DNA from: Cytophagia bacterium
Lineage (GTDB): Bacteria; Bacteroidota; Bacteroidia; Cytophagales; Spirosomataceae
DNA: 64,000 bases
Assembly: GCA_004293645.1 (NCBI GenBank)
Contig: REAB01000053.1
Span: forward strand, 1,182-65,181
Direction: 5' to 3'
The notes under the pieces: model-generated
The model's input: the letters and a program-made list of their open reading frames with translations, nothing else
Told to the model about the DNA's origin: nothing
The model's database searches: none
In this document: positions 1 to 9,860 of the stretch, piece after piece
Position numbering within the stretch: position 1 is the first letter of the stretch
How the letters are laid out: each line of letters opens with the position of its first letter
Program-made: the position numbers and the translations under genes

Positions 1-2
1 TT

Positions 3-1259
3 GGGTTGTTTGTGAGCATAGACGGCGGCCAAAAATGGTCGCAAATAAAAGGTGGTTTGCCCACCGTTGCCGTGCGCGATTTGGACATTCAAAAGCGCGA
101 AAACGACCTCGTTTTGGCCACTTTCGGTCGTGGCTTTTATGTTTTAGACGATTATAGTCCTTTGCGTACACTTCAAAACGCCCTCACAAATACGCCCCCT
201 CTGGGGGTTGGGGGGCTTGGCAAGGGGGCTTTTTTTTCCATCAAAGATGTACTTCAATACATTCCAGCGCAGCCTTTGGGCTTGCGGGGCAAGGGTTTTC
301 AGGGCGAAAGTTATTTTGCCACGCCCAATCCTGCGGTCGGTTCGGTATTTACGTATTACCTCAAAGATGATATTAAAACGCTGAAAGAGAGGCGCAAAGA
401 ACGCGAAAAAGCCCTCATCAAAGACAACAAAGACGTGCCTTATCCAAGCATTGACTCGTTGCGTTTGGAAGACAACCAACCCGCGCCGTACTTGCTCTTC
501 ACCATCACCGATGCCGAGGGCAACACCGTGCGCCGCCTCAAAGCCCCCGCCAAAAAAGGGTTGCAGCGCATGGCCTGGGATTTGCGCCACGACGCGCCCG
601 ACCCCGTGAACTTTAACGAACCCGACCCCATGAATTTCTTTTCTGGCCCCGAACAAGGACCGATGGCGTTAGCGGGAGAATACAAGGTGGCGTTGAGCAA
701 ATTTGAAGATGGGCAAATCACCGAAATTGCAGCCGCGCAGCCGTTCAAAGTGGTATCGCTCAACACCATAACGCTCCCCGCTGCCGACAAAAAAGCGTTG
801 GAAGTGTTTTCTAAAAAAGCCATGTCGCTGGCTCGTGCTATGGGCAGCGCGCAGGTTGTGTACGGAGAATTAAACAACAAAATACGTTTCCTAAAAGCAG
901 CTTGGCAAAGCACTGGGGGCGCATCGGTAGATTTACAAAAGCAAATTTTGGGCATTGAAAAACAATTGTTAGGCATCAGTACGCTGTTGTTCGGCGACCG
1001 CACGCTGTCGCGCCGCGAGTTTGAAACCCCCACTTCGATGCTCGAAAAAAGCTATCGCATTATGGGCAATCTGACGGGGACTTCGGCCGCACCCACCCAA
1101 ACCATGCAGGCAGCTTACCAAAGTTTATCCAAACAACTCACGACCGTAGTGACCGATTTAAAGAAAACCCAAACCGATATCATCATCCTCGAAACTGCCC
1201 TCGACCGCGCGGGTGCGCCTGCTACGCCTGGACGCTTGATTGATTGGAAGGAGAATTAA
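3..1259 (+). CDS. C-terminal part of a BNR/sortilin (VPS10)-like repeat protein; the 5' end lies outside the window
   Basis: The frame is open from the window edge. It has a BNR/Asp-box motif (SIDGGQKW) and a GRGFYVLDDYSPLR segment typical of this family. It carries an in-frame GC-hairpin element at 194-239. Confidence 0.6.
   Translation, partial: GLFVSIDGGQKWSQIKGGLPTVAVRDLDIQKRENDLVLATFGRGFYVLDDYSPLRTLQNALTNTPPLGVGGLGKGAFFSIKDVLQYIPAQPLGLRGKGFQGESYFATPNPAVGSVFTYYLKDDIKTLKERRKEREKALIKDNKDVPYPSIDSLRLEDNQPAPYLLFTITDAEGNTVRRLKAPAKKGLQRMAWDLRHDAPDPVNFNEPDPMNFFSGPEQGPMALAGEYKVALSKFEDGQITEIAAAQPFKVVSLNTITLPAADKKALEVFSKKAMSLARAMGSAQVVYGELNNKIRFLKAAWQSTGGASVDLQKQILGIEKQLLGISTLLFGDRTLSRREFETPTSMLEKSYRIMGNLTGTSAAPTQTMQAAYQSLSKQLTTVVTDLKKTQTDIIILETALDRAGAPATPGRLIDWKEN
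194..239 (+). repeat. GC-hairpin element inside the CDS (GCCCCC-TCT-GGGGG TTGGGGGGCTT ... GGGGGC T8)
   Basis: It matches the reverse complement of 4918-4942 (GCCCCCTTCGGGGGTTGGGGGCTTC) at about 23 of 26 positions. It is translated as PPLGVGGLGKGAFF. Confidence 0.6.
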
Positions 1260-1263
1260 ATAG

Positions 1264-1347
1264 TAGTGGCACGACTTGAGAATAGTGGTGGCACGACTTC
1301 AAGTCGTGCCACCACTGATTGAACACTCTTCAAGTCGTGCCACCACT
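1264..1347. repeat. REP-like nested palindromes (GTGGCACGACTT/AAGTCGTGCCAC units)
   Basis: A perfect 16-bp stem lies at 1284-1316 (AGTGGTGGCACGACTT-C-AAGTCGTGCCACCACT). Outer half-sites at 1264-1279 and 1328-1347 can pair around it. It lies between the BNR-gene stop and the RAYT gene. Confidence 0.75.
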
Positions 1348-1386
1348 GACCTGACCCACTACTGATAACCTTATCATCAAAAAACC

Positions 1387-1950
1387 ATGAAGCTATACCC
1401 CAATCAACTTTTTCATATCTATAACCGAGGCAATAACCGACGAAAAGTATTTTTTGAACGAGAGAATTATCTATTCTTTTTGCAAAAAATGAGAGAAATG
1501 CTTTTGCCCAAAAAAATAGAAATGTTGGCTTATTGTTTGATGCCCAATCACTTTCATTTGATGATTTCGACACAAGATGATTTTGAGCATCAAGACTTTT
1601 CCAATGCATTCAGGATATTGTTGAGTTCATACACAAGAGCTATCAATAAGCGATATGATTGGGTTGGGTCTGTTTTTCAACAAAATAGCAAAGCGAAAGC
1701 CTTAGAAAATGGTATTTATGCCCAAACGTGTTTCCATTATATTCATCAGAACCCAATGAAAGCAGACTTAGTACAAAAAATAGAAGACTGGGAATTTAGT
1801 TCTTACCGAGACTATGCGGGGTTGAGAAATGGCACACTTTGCCAACAATCAACCACCAGATTGCTCTTAGACTTACCAAATGACCCAGAGAACTTTATAA
1901 ACCTATCTCAAAAAGTAATTGACCCAGAATTATTGGAAGAGATTTGGTAA
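1387..1950 (+). CDS. REP-associated tyrosine transposase (IS200/Y1 HUH family, RAYT)
   Basis: It has the HUH motif (MPNHFHLM) and a catalytic Tyr region (FHYIHQNPMKA). Size is about 187 aa. REP palindromes lie directly upstream. Confidence 0.8.
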   Translation: MKLYPNQLFHIYNRGNNRRKVFFERENYLFFLQKMREMLLPKKIEMLAYCLMPNHFHLMISTQDDFEHQDFSNAFRILLSSYTRAINKRYDWVGSVFQQNSKAKALENGIYAQTCFHYIHQNPMKADLVQKIEDWEFSSYRDYAGLRNGTLCQQSTTRLLLDLPNDPENFINLSQKVIDPELLEEIW

Positions 1951-2007
1951 CTCTTAGCACTTTACATTTACCAATTTCATCATTTACGCATTACTACAGG
2001 CCATTCG

Positions 2008-4248
2008 TTAATTTTTGCGCATATCTTCGGGCAGTACTTTCTTTTTGGAGATGGTAATGTACGTCCCCAACATAATCATTCGGTTGGCGGCGGGTCGTAT
2101 TTCGGTGCGGGTTTTGCCGTCGGCACTATATTGGTAATTAAAGACATTGGGCGTGCCAAGTATGTTGTCTATTGAAAAATAAACGACCATAAAATTGCCT
2201 TTGATATTGGTTAAATAATTAATCCAAAGGCTGGTATTGTGCACATTGGGCGTGCGTTCGGCCAAAAAATGCGGGTTATTGGGGTTGTAATAAGGCCGCC
2301 CACTCGTAAACGAATACGTAGCCGAAACAGTCATGGTGGGCTTGGCAACGAAGTGTTTGTAAACCACATTCAAGTTGTGATTGGACACAAAAGTGGGCTG
2401 GGCTTCGGTCAAATAGTTGCCAAACAATCGCTTAGAATCGCAGTAGCTGTAATTGAGCCAAAAATCGCCGTTTTTGATGGTTTTGCTATCTCTCAAAAAC
2501 AAATCAATGCCCTGCGCGTAGCCTTGCCCCGTATTGTCGGTGAGGCCGTTGGGAAAGCGGCGCGGATTGGCATCAAAATAGCCCGCTTGACTGGGGTACT
2601 CACGCACCAAGTTATCGTATTTTTTGTAATAACTTTCTACCCGCAACGTGCGCTTGTTTTTGATGAATTGGTAATTGAAAACGGCGTGTGTAGCCGACTC
2701 AAACGACAGGTTTTTGTTGTAAAAATAATACTGATAATCAGGCGTTTGGTAAAACTTACCTCCCGCCACCGACACCTGCGAGTGTGCGCCCGTTTTGTAG
2801 GCCAACGAAAAGCGCGGAGCTACGTTGAAACCCGCCGCCAACGACGCATATTCGCCCCGCACGCCCACGCGCCCCGCCAACTTGCGGCTGATGTAAAACT
2901 CCGATTCGGCAAAAAGTGATGCGTAGTTGTCGGTTCTCGAAAACGCCGATTTCTTGCCATCTTTCAAGGCCGAATTGTCAATCGTTAAGTCATATTGGGC
3001 AACGTGGCCTTCGCCGCCAAACAAAATATTGTGATTGCCTTCAAATGAGCGCGTTAGCACGGCGCGGGCTTGGGTACGTTGCTCTTTACGGCCAAAGCGC
3101 ACGGCATCAACTTGCAGGTTGTCGAGGTTGTAAGAATAAGACGCACCCGATTTTAAGACCCACTTAGCGGCGGCATCAAGCGCGTTTTGGTAGGTGCTGG
3201 TAATGAGCAAATTGTCGTTCTGAACGCCAAACGCAACGGGTTTAGTATCGCTGTTGGGGTCGTTGAAACGCAAACTTGAGGCACTTTTGCCATACACGGC
3301 ATCAAACTTAAAGTTTTGGGCTGCCGAAGGTTTGAGGCGATAAGAAGTAGAAACGTTGAGCTGACGCGGAATTTTTATCCAGTCCAAATTTTGGGGATAT
3401 ACCGCAAACAACGGCGTGAGATTGTTATAAGCCACTGTGCCATTAACCGAATGATTATCAGCAAGATGGGTATAGCCCGCCGAGAGTTGCGCCAAATTGG
3501 CGTTTAGCACATAGCCCGACTCGGTGGCTAAATCGGTGGTGTTCATTGAAAACACCGCCGACAACGCTTGGCCGTATTGGGCCGAGTAGCCACCCGTCGA
3601 AAAAGCCGCCCCTTTAAACTGAAAAGGTGCAAACCGTGAGCGCGAGGCCACGTCGGGTGCGGGGGTATTGAAGGCGTTTTGCACGGTGAGGCCGTCAATC
3701 AAAATCTTAGATTCTTGGGCCGAGCCACCCCGCACAAACAAGCCCGTGGACTCGCCGTTGCGCTGTGCGCCTGGCGTAAGCAAAGTCATGGCTTGGGTGA
3801 TGTCGGCCCCGCCGCCCGCCGTCGTAACAATGTCAATGGGTTTGATGGTGGTCGCCTTTTTTTCGTCCGATGCCTCAAACGTGCCCGCCGTGATGGTTAC
3901 GGTGTTGAGCTCGTTGGCCGTTTCTCTGAGTTTTAAAACCAACGAAACAATGCCCCCGTTTAGCACAATCGGCTGGCTGTGTGCTTCGTAGCCAATAAAC
4001 GAACAGTTGAGCGTTTGCGCGCCTTTGTCGGTGGTTTTAAACTGAAAATTGCCTTCGGCATCGGTGCTGGCTCCGTCGTAAGAGCCTTTCAGCGAGATAT
4101 TTGCGCCTGGTAAGGCGTGGCCTTTTTCGTCGGTTACGCGACCTTTGAGGGTGGTTTGTGCGAAGCCAACTGTCGGCTGAGTGATTAAAAAGAGCAATAA
4201 CAAAAATGCTAAATACTTAATGCTCAATGTTAAATGTAAAGTTTTCAT
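2008..4248 (-). CDS. TonB-dependent receptor with CarboxypepD_reg-like N-terminal domain
   Basis: It has a signal peptide, an LKGRVTDEKGHALPGANISLKG domain, a plug and a long beta-barrel-type sequence. Confidence 0.85.
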   Translation of the reverse strand: MKTLHLTLSIKYLAFLLLLFLITQPTVGFAQTTLKGRVTDEKGHALPGANISLKGSYDGASTDAEGNFQFKTTDKGAQTLNCSFIGYEAHSQPIVLNGGIVSLVLKLRETANELNTVTITAGTFEASDEKKATTIKPIDIVTTAGGGADITQAMTLLTPGAQRNGESTGLFVRGGSAQESKILIDGLTVQNAFNTPAPDVASRSRFAPFQFKGAAFSTGGYSAQYGQALSAVFSMNTTDLATESGYVLNANLAQLSAGYTHLADNHSVNGTVAYNNLTPLFAVYPQNLDWIKIPRQLNVSTSYRLKPSAAQNFKFDAVYGKSASSLRFNDPNSDTKPVAFGVQNDNLLITSTYQNALDAAAKWVLKSGASYSYNLDNLQVDAVRFGRKEQRTQARAVLTRSFEGNHNILFGGEGHVAQYDLTIDNSALKDGKKSAFSRTDNYASLFAESEFYISRKLAGRVGVRGEYASLAAGFNVAPRFSLAYKTGAHSQVSVAGGKFYQTPDYQYYFYNKNLSFESATHAVFNYQFIKNKRTLRVESYYKKYDNLVREYPSQAGYFDANPRRFPNGLTDNTGQGYAQGIDLFLRDSKTIKNGDFWLNYSYCDSKRLFGNYLTEAQPTFVSNHNLNVVYKHFVAKPTMTVSATYSFTSGRPYYNPNNPHFLAERTPNVHNTSLWINYLTNIKGNFMVVYFSIDNILGTPNVFNYQYSADGKTRTEIRPAANRMIMLGTYITISKKKVLPEDMRKN

Positions 4249-4371
4249 GGTCGTATGTGGTTTTACAGCAATTGCGTTTGTGCGTTTTGTTGCTGTAAAA
4301 CAACCACCTTGTCTTCACAGTACGAACGTTTTTCGGACAAACCGTCGTATTTGGCAAATGAACCACCAAAA

Positions 4372-4407
4372 CAAAAAAAAACGACGCTTTTTAGCGTCGT
4401 TTTTTTT
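4372..4407. terminator. Bidirectional intrinsic terminator
   Basis: The stem ACGACGCT/AGCGTCGT has a TTTT loop and is flanked by an A-run and a T-run. It lies downstream of the minus-strand lipoprotein gene. Confidence 0.7.
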
Positions 4408-4428
4408 GTGCAGAAAATCAAATCTATT

Positions 4429-4908
4429 CTACGGATTCAATCGAATGGTGTAACCCACACGCTTGAAGTTTTCGCTGGGCAAAATGTCCGAACCGTTGCC
4501 TTCCAATAGCAACACCAAATTGACAGTACTGCTCACTTGCACGGGGACGCGCAAAATTTCAATACTGGCCGTGCCAAAGCTGGTGTTGGCAGGAATCGTT
4601 ACATCGCGGCTCACAATTCTGAAATGCGTGCCTTCTACTGCCGTGGTGGCGGCGGGGTCAATGGTCATTTTAACTTGCGAGTCAGTGGTGCGCTGTGGTC
4701 CTACCAAATTGATTTGGGTGATTTGTGCGCCTGCTCCATTGTTTACTGGAATGAGCGGAAACGTGCGCCCCGCAGCGGGAGCTGTCCTTACGGTAGCGTC
4801 AAATTCTACCACTGTGCGGCCGTCATAAACCAAGTTGGGGTTCTCAAAGCAAGAAGTCATGCTTCCAGCTATCAAAACCATTGCGAATAATTGAAATATT
4901 TTTTTCAT
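4429..4908 (-). CDS. Small lipoprotein downstream of SusC/SusD (DUF4843-like accessory protein)
   Basis: It has a signal peptide with a lipobox (LIAGSMTSC). I moved the start to MKKIF at 4908, because the longer ORF reads through the GC-hairpin element. Its position is the third gene of the Sus-like locus. Confidence 0.6.
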   Translation of the reverse strand: MKKIFQLFAMVLIAGSMTSCFENPNLVYDGRTVVEFDATVRTAPAAGRTFPLIPVNNGAGAQITQINLVGPQRTTDSQVKMTIDPAATTAVEGTHFRIVSRDVTIPANTSFGTASIEILRVPVQVSSTVNLVLLLEGNGSDILPSENFKRVGYTIRLNP

Positions 4909-4917
4909 ATTTTTTTT

Positions 4918-4942
4918 GAAGCCCCCAACCCCCGAAGGGGGC
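4918..4942 (-). repeat. GC-hairpin element, intergenic copy (CCCCC-UUCG-GGGGG on the minus strand)
   Basis: It is homologous to 194-218. It lies in the SusD/lipoprotein spacer. Confidence 0.6.
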
Positions 4943-5002
4943 ATTTTTTTATTCTCTGGCTACGATTAAAAACCGTAGGGGAGTTGAAAGTACGACAATT
5001 GA

Positions 5003-6469
5003 TTAATAACCAAAATTTTGCTTCAAGTTTGGATTTAACGAAATTTCGCCCGTTGGAATACGCGCCAAAATCAAAAAATCGGTAAATGCAATGTTGCGGG
5101 GTATTTTCACGATGTCTAAACCGCGACGCTTCAAGTCGAAGAAACGGTGTCCTTCAAACGCAAATTCAATGCGGCGTTGGTTCAAGATTTCGGCCAAAAG
5201 TGGCGCGCCCGTGGTAGTAGTAGGCAATGCCGCCAAGCCAGCGCGCGTCCGAATGAGGTTTACATCGGTGAGTGCCGCTGCAAAATTGCCCAATTCGTAG
5301 TTGGCCTCGGCGCGGTTCAAGTACATTTCCGAAATCCGAATTACGGGAGTGTTATCTTGGTTTACTTGACCACCTTTACCCAAAAATTTGGTACATTCTA
5401 CTTCGGCCGTGCCGCGACCCGCAGTGCCAAGTTCGTACAACTGGGCACGAACATCAGCACCCCGTGTTACTACGTCGCCCGTGCGAGTAATGCCCATTTG
5501 CGTCAGTAAGTCGGCGCTGGGTACCAAATCTCCAAAGCCAGCCGTTATCGTGCGCAAGCCCAACGTGCGAAGTGTAGTATAAGTAGTTTGCAACGAGAAG
5601 TTTACGCCAATATTTTCAGCCGTTTGGTAAGATAACTCAAACATAGATTCGGGGTTTTGGGCAGCGCGCCAACTTGACAAATAAGCAGCGGGCGTAGCTT
5701 GAAACACTCCCACACCACCAGCCAACGCGTCGGTAGCTTGTTTAACAACCTCTGCCCAGTTGCCTTTGTAAAGCTCTGCCCGCGACAATAATGCCTGCGC
5801 TGCTGCGCGACTCGCAAAAAACGGACGCGTAAACGTGCTGGTATTGTTGAGTTTGGCGATAGAACTGGTCAAGTCAGTAGTAATCTGCGCATAACACGCA
5901 TCAATGGTGGCACGAGATGGTAAGGTGATTTGGTCTAAACCTTCTACACCATCAAGCATCAACGGCACGCCGCCCAAGTTTTGGGCAGTTACGATGGCTC
6001 TGGGGGTATAAGCATAAGCCCGCATCAAGTCAAAGTACATCAAACCCCGCAAGAACAAACATTGGCCTTCGATGGCATCTTTGGTAGCCGGCGCCAAAGT
6101 AACTTTGGGCAGGTTTTTAAGAATTAAATTGGTACGGTTGATGGCTATGTAAGTATTAGTCCAATTACCAAGATGCGACCCAATTTGGTTTTGATACTCT
6201 GCATTTAAGCGGCCCGATTTGTTGGTAGCACGTCCATTGTCGGCCAAGGCTTCTGGAATGGCAAGGAGGTCGCGGCCATAAAGTAAATTACTTTGCAAAG
6301 CGTCATAAACACCGATGAGGGCGGCATTGAGTGCTTCGGGGCTTGTATAGGCCGAGGCCAAATCAACGGCCAAGCGCGGTTTTACCTCTAACACGTTTTC
6401 GCACGAAGCCAGCGTTAGCAAGGCTGCCAATGTGGGTGCTACGGGAATATAATTGAATATTTTTTTCAT
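5003..6469 (-). CDS. RagB/SusD family nutrient-uptake outer membrane lipoprotein
   Basis: It has a lipoprotein signal (LTLASC) and SusD-like length, and it sits immediately downstream of SusC. Confidence 0.9.
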   Translation of the reverse strand: MKKIFNYIPVAPTLAALLTLASCENVLEVKPRLAVDLASAYTSPEALNAALIGVYDALQSNLLYGRDLLAIPEALADNGRATNKSGRLNAEYQNQIGSHLGNWTNTYIAINRTNLILKNLPKVTLAPATKDAIEGQCLFLRGLMYFDLMRAYAYTPRAIVTAQNLGGVPLMLDGVEGLDQITLPSRATIDACYAQITTDLTSSIAKLNNTSTFTRPFFASRAAAQALLSRAELYKGNWAEVVKQATDALAGGVGVFQATPAAYLSSWRAAQNPESMFELSYQTAENIGVNFSLQTTYTTLRTLGLRTITAGFGDLVPSADLLTQMGITRTGDVVTRGADVRAQLYELGTAGRGTAEVECTKFLGKGGQVNQDNTPVIRISEMYLNRAEANYELGNFAAALTDVNLIRTRAGLAALPTTTTGAPLLAEILNQRRIEFAFEGHRFFDLKRRGLDIVKIPRNIAFTDFLILARIPTGEISLNPNLKQNFGY

Positions 6470-6501
6470 TTTAATGTCGTCTTAAAGTTTGTACTGATTC
6501 G

Positions 6502-9500
6502 TTAAAAACCAATTTGAACGCCGAACGTATAATTACGGGCTTGTGGAATAACCCCATTATTACCAGCTCCCAAACCTACAAATTCAGGGTCGTAGCCAGT
6601 CCAAGCCGTCCAAGTTAGTAAGTTGATACCCTGCGCGTACACCCGCGCCATCCGAACGAATTTCAGTGGTTTGAGCACGTTGGCAGGAATACTGTAGCCC
6701 ACTGAGAGCTGCTTCAAACGAATGTAAGAAGCATTTTCTAACGAACGCGAGCCGACTACGTGGTTCGCCCCTCGCACCTCCACTCCACCGTTGATGGGGC
6801 GTGGTACATCGGTGATGTCACCTGGTTTTTGCCAACGACGCTCGTACACGTCAGTCAGCGTATTGAACGTGCGGTTACCATTTTCTGATAAAAACTGCCC
6901 TTGATTATTGAAAGCCATGCGACCATATTCGTACTGAACAAGGGCCGAAAGCTCAAAACCACCCCAGGTAATGGTGTTGGTAAAACCGCCGTAGATGGGG
7001 CTAAAATCAGAGCCGAGGTATTTTAAATCGCCTGGGTTTCTGATGTTGTAAGTCAGGTTGTCGAACTCGTCGTACCACATGGGGCGGCCTGTGGCGGGGT
7101 TCACGCCTGCGTAACGCGCTGCGTATGCTGCATATACTGGCTTACCAACAATGAAGTTACTAGCTATCGTAATGTCAGCGGTATTGTTACCCAAACCTGT
7201 GTTTACTAACGCATTGAGCAGTACCAAACTGTCGCGGTTTTGTTGGGGCAAGATACCACTTGTGAGCTTCGTAACACGGTTATCAATGTAGGTAAAGTTA
7301 AAATTGGTTTCCCACTTAAAATTCTTGGTTCTGAAATTGATGGTGGTCAATTCAAATTCAAGTCCACGGTTTTGGAGTTGCCCCACGTTGTCCACAATAG
7401 AGGCAAATCCGCTCGTGATAGGCAGCGGGCGATTGAGCAACAAATCGTTGCTGGTACGGTTAAAATAGCTAATTTGTCCCGAAATTCTGCCGCCAAACAA
7501 GCCGTATTCTATCCCAATTTCGCCCGTTACGTTACGCTCCCATTTCAAATTGGGGTTCGCCATTTGGGTTGGGGCAGTGCCAGGAATGTTGTTGTAGTTG
7601 AAGCCCGCACCAGCTAAACCCAGACCAGGGAAGAAGCCTATTTGATCGTTACCAGTTACGCCGTAACTACCGCGCAGTTTCAGCTCAGTCAAAACGGTAT
7701 TGCCTTTCAAGAAAGGCTCTTCGGTAATGAGCCAGCCCGCCGATACGGCAGGAAACAAACCGTAGCGGTTGTTTACCCCAAAGCGCGATGAGCCGTCGAG
7801 GCGAGCCGTAGCCGAGAAGAAGTACTTATTTTTGTAGTCGTATTTGGCCTGTGCAAACACCGACTGCTTCCGAAAACCGTTCCAACCACCAAAAGTACCA
7901 ATGTAGTTTGTACCCGAACTGGCATATTTAAAATCAGGCGACGGAAAGCCTTCGATTGTGCCCGCGTAGCCTTCATTTACATCGCTACGGTATTCGTAGC
8001 CCACCAAAGCACTTACTTGGTGCGTTTCGCGGAAGCTTTTGTTGTAATTCAAAACTGCATTACCCAAAAAGTTTACGTTTTGGAAGTATTGAAATTGCAA
8101 ACGACCGTTCACGTTGGCACCATCAGCCGTGCGAGGGTCGGAGTAATTGTCGCCTTTATTGGTACGGTAATCAATGGAAGCCGACGGACGGAAAGTCAAA
8201 CCATTGGCAATTTTCCAAGTCATGGCCACGTTGCCAACGGCTTGGTTTTGCACGCTCTCAATTTTGTTGAGCTTGCTCACCATAATCACGTTTTGGTTCA
8301 AAGCACCAGGAATACCTCCGTCGGTAGGAGCTCCGTTAAACGAACCGTCTTCTTTGTAGATGGGTACCATGGGCAACACCAACGACGACGAAAACGACGA
8401 AGCACCCACAGAGGAGCCACCCGTTGGGCCGCCAAACTGGCCACGGCCTTTTTGGGTACTCAGTTTGATGCTATTTTCAAAAGTTATTTTGGGGCTAATT
8501 TTATGCACTACGTTCAAATTGGTAGATGCCCGCAAGAAATTAATGTTGATGAGGTTGGCATCCTGCTTCAAGTAAGAACCCGACCAGTAAAAGGTTGTTT
8601 TTTCGGTACCACCGCTGGCCGATAGTTCAAAACTCTGTGCCGTACCCGCTTTGAAGGCTTCTTTCTGCCAATCATAACTGGGTAAAGCAGCAATGGCCGC
8701 GTCGGTCAAGTCGCCTGCCAAACTCACCCCCGTCAAGGCATTGGTACGTGCTTGCGCCTCAGTGAGTGTAGGCGCAGCGTTACGCAAAGCCTCGGTACGC
8801 ATTTGAATCCACTGTTGGCTGTTGAGCACGTTCAACTTTTGGAACGGCTCTACCACACCCGTAAAATAATTGAGGTCAAACTTAGTTTTTCCTGCTTTTC
8901 CTTTTTTGGTTGTTACCAAAACCACCCCGTTGGCTGCTTGTGAGCCATAAATCGAAGCGGCAGCGGCATCTTTTAAAATCTCAATTGACTCGATGTCGTT
9001 GGGATTCAAGAAGTTGAGTGGGTTAGAACTGGTAATGGTAGAAGCGCTACGGGCGTTTATTTGCACGCCGTCCACTACATAAAGCGGGTCATTGCCACCC
9101 GAAATAGAACCCACACCCCGAATACGTATCTGCACCCCGCCGCCAGGAATACCATTGGCCGATTGCACTTGCACACCCGCTGCGCGGCCTTGCAAGGCAC
9201 GGTCGAAGCTCTGGACAGGCATGTTTTCGATGGCTTGGCCTTTTATTTTGGAGATAGAACCCGTTATTTCACGCTTATTAAGCGTGCCGCCGTAGCCCGT
9301 TACTACCACCTCAGCCAGACTGTTGTCTGATACTAAGTTTATGTCAATAGTAGAGCGAGTGCCTACCGTAACTTCTTGGGTAGTAAAACCAACAAAACTG
9401 AAAACTAACTTAGCAGTGGGGCTTGCATTGATAGAATAAGTGCCGTCGCTGTTGCTATTTACACCGCGCGAGGTGCCTTTTACCAACACGCTCACCCCAG

Positions 9501-9609
9501 GCAGGGTGCTTCCGTCGTCGCCCACTACTTTACCAGTAATGGTGCGGTCTTGTGCCCAAATTGTTCCAGAAAAAAGCAAGATGAAACACAATAGTAGTTT
9601 TTTTGTCAT
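6502..9609 (-). CDS. SusC/RagA family TonB-linked outer membrane protein
   Basis: It has a CarboxypepD_reg N-terminus (ITGKVVGDDGSTLPGVSVLVKGT), a plug domain and about 1035 aa, and it ends in ...FGVQIGF. Confidence 0.9.
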   Translation of the reverse strand: MTKKLLLCFILLFSGTIWAQDRTITGKVVGDDGSTLPGVSVLVKGTSRGVNSNSDGTYSINASPTAKLVFSFVGFTTQEVTVGTRSTIDINLVSDNSLAEVVVTGYGGTLNKREITGSISKIKGQAIENMPVQSFDRALQGRAAGVQVQSANGIPGGGVQIRIRGVGSISGGNDPLYVVDGVQINARSASTITSSNPLNFLNPNDIESIEILKDAAAASIYGSQAANGVVLVTTKKGKAGKTKFDLNYFTGVVEPFQKLNVLNSQQWIQMRTEALRNAAPTLTEAQARTNALTGVSLAGDLTDAAIAALPSYDWQKEAFKAGTAQSFELSASGGTEKTTFYWSGSYLKQDANLININFLRASTNLNVVHKISPKITFENSIKLSTQKGRGQFGGPTGGSSVGASSFSSSLVLPMVPIYKEDGSFNGAPTDGGIPGALNQNVIMVSKLNKIESVQNQAVGNVAMTWKIANGLTFRPSASIDYRTNKGDNYSDPRTADGANVNGRLQFQYFQNVNFLGNAVLNYNKSFRETHQVSALVGYEYRSDVNEGYAGTIEGFPSPDFKYASSGTNYIGTFGGWNGFRKQSVFAQAKYDYKNKYFFSATARLDGSSRFGVNNRYGLFPAVSAGWLITEEPFLKGNTVLTELKLRGSYGVTGNDQIGFFPGLGLAGAGFNYNNIPGTAPTQMANPNLKWERNVTGEIGIEYGLFGGRISGQISYFNRTSNDLLLNRPLPITSGFASIVDNVGQLQNRGLEFELTTINFRTKNFKWETNFNFTYIDNRVTKLTSGILPQQNRDSLVLLNALVNTGLGNNTADITIASNFIVGKPVYAAYAARYAGVNPATGRPMWYDEFDNLTYNIRNPGDLKYLGSDFSPIYGGFTNTITWGGFELSALVQYEYGRMAFNNQGQFLSENGNRTFNTLTDVYERRWQKPGDITDVPRPINGGVEVRGANHVVGSRSLENASYIRLKQLSVGYSIPANVLKPLKFVRMARVYAQGINLLTWTAWTGYDPEFVGLGAGNNGVIPQARNYTFGVQIGF

Positions 9610-9860
9610 TTGTGTTAAGTTATTGTGATTAATTTAGGTTATCGTTATAAAAACTAAGTCTATGCAAAAAATGTTCACTCTATGTCTATTTTGTTGAAGG
9701 TTTGAGTGATAATTGCCCCAAAAGTATAGACAAAACAGGCTTTTGTAAATATGTATCACATACGTGTCTGTTATATTTTTGGCCTAATCTACCTCTTATT
9801 CTGCTATATTTGTGTTTTGCTGGTTGTTTCGTGTATTTATTAAGAACAAGTTTTTCTACC

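Noticed and set aside
4249-4371. A possible riboswitch (cobalamin or TPP) in the leader of the TonB-dependent receptor
   Set aside because: I could not find a B12-box or THI-box-like core. Only a simple 11-bp hairpin (TTTTACAGCAA/TTGCTGTAAAA) is evident. It would need cmscan to exclude properly.
4929-4950. CCCCCGAAGGGGG plus a T-run as a plus-strand terminator
   Set aside because: No plus-strand gene lies upstream of it. It is better explained as one copy of the GC-hairpin repeat family; see the finding at 194-239.
9702-9860. N-terminal extensions of ORFs in the track (9702 for the membrane protein, 14775 for GMC, 15495 for subunit 3, 18245 for hisS, 36264 for recQ, 55051 for the thioredoxin-like protein, and others)
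   Set aside because: The extensions read through promoter or repeat DNA and have non-protein-like composition. Internal ATGs give canonical N-termini (signal peptides, Tat motif, conserved family starts).
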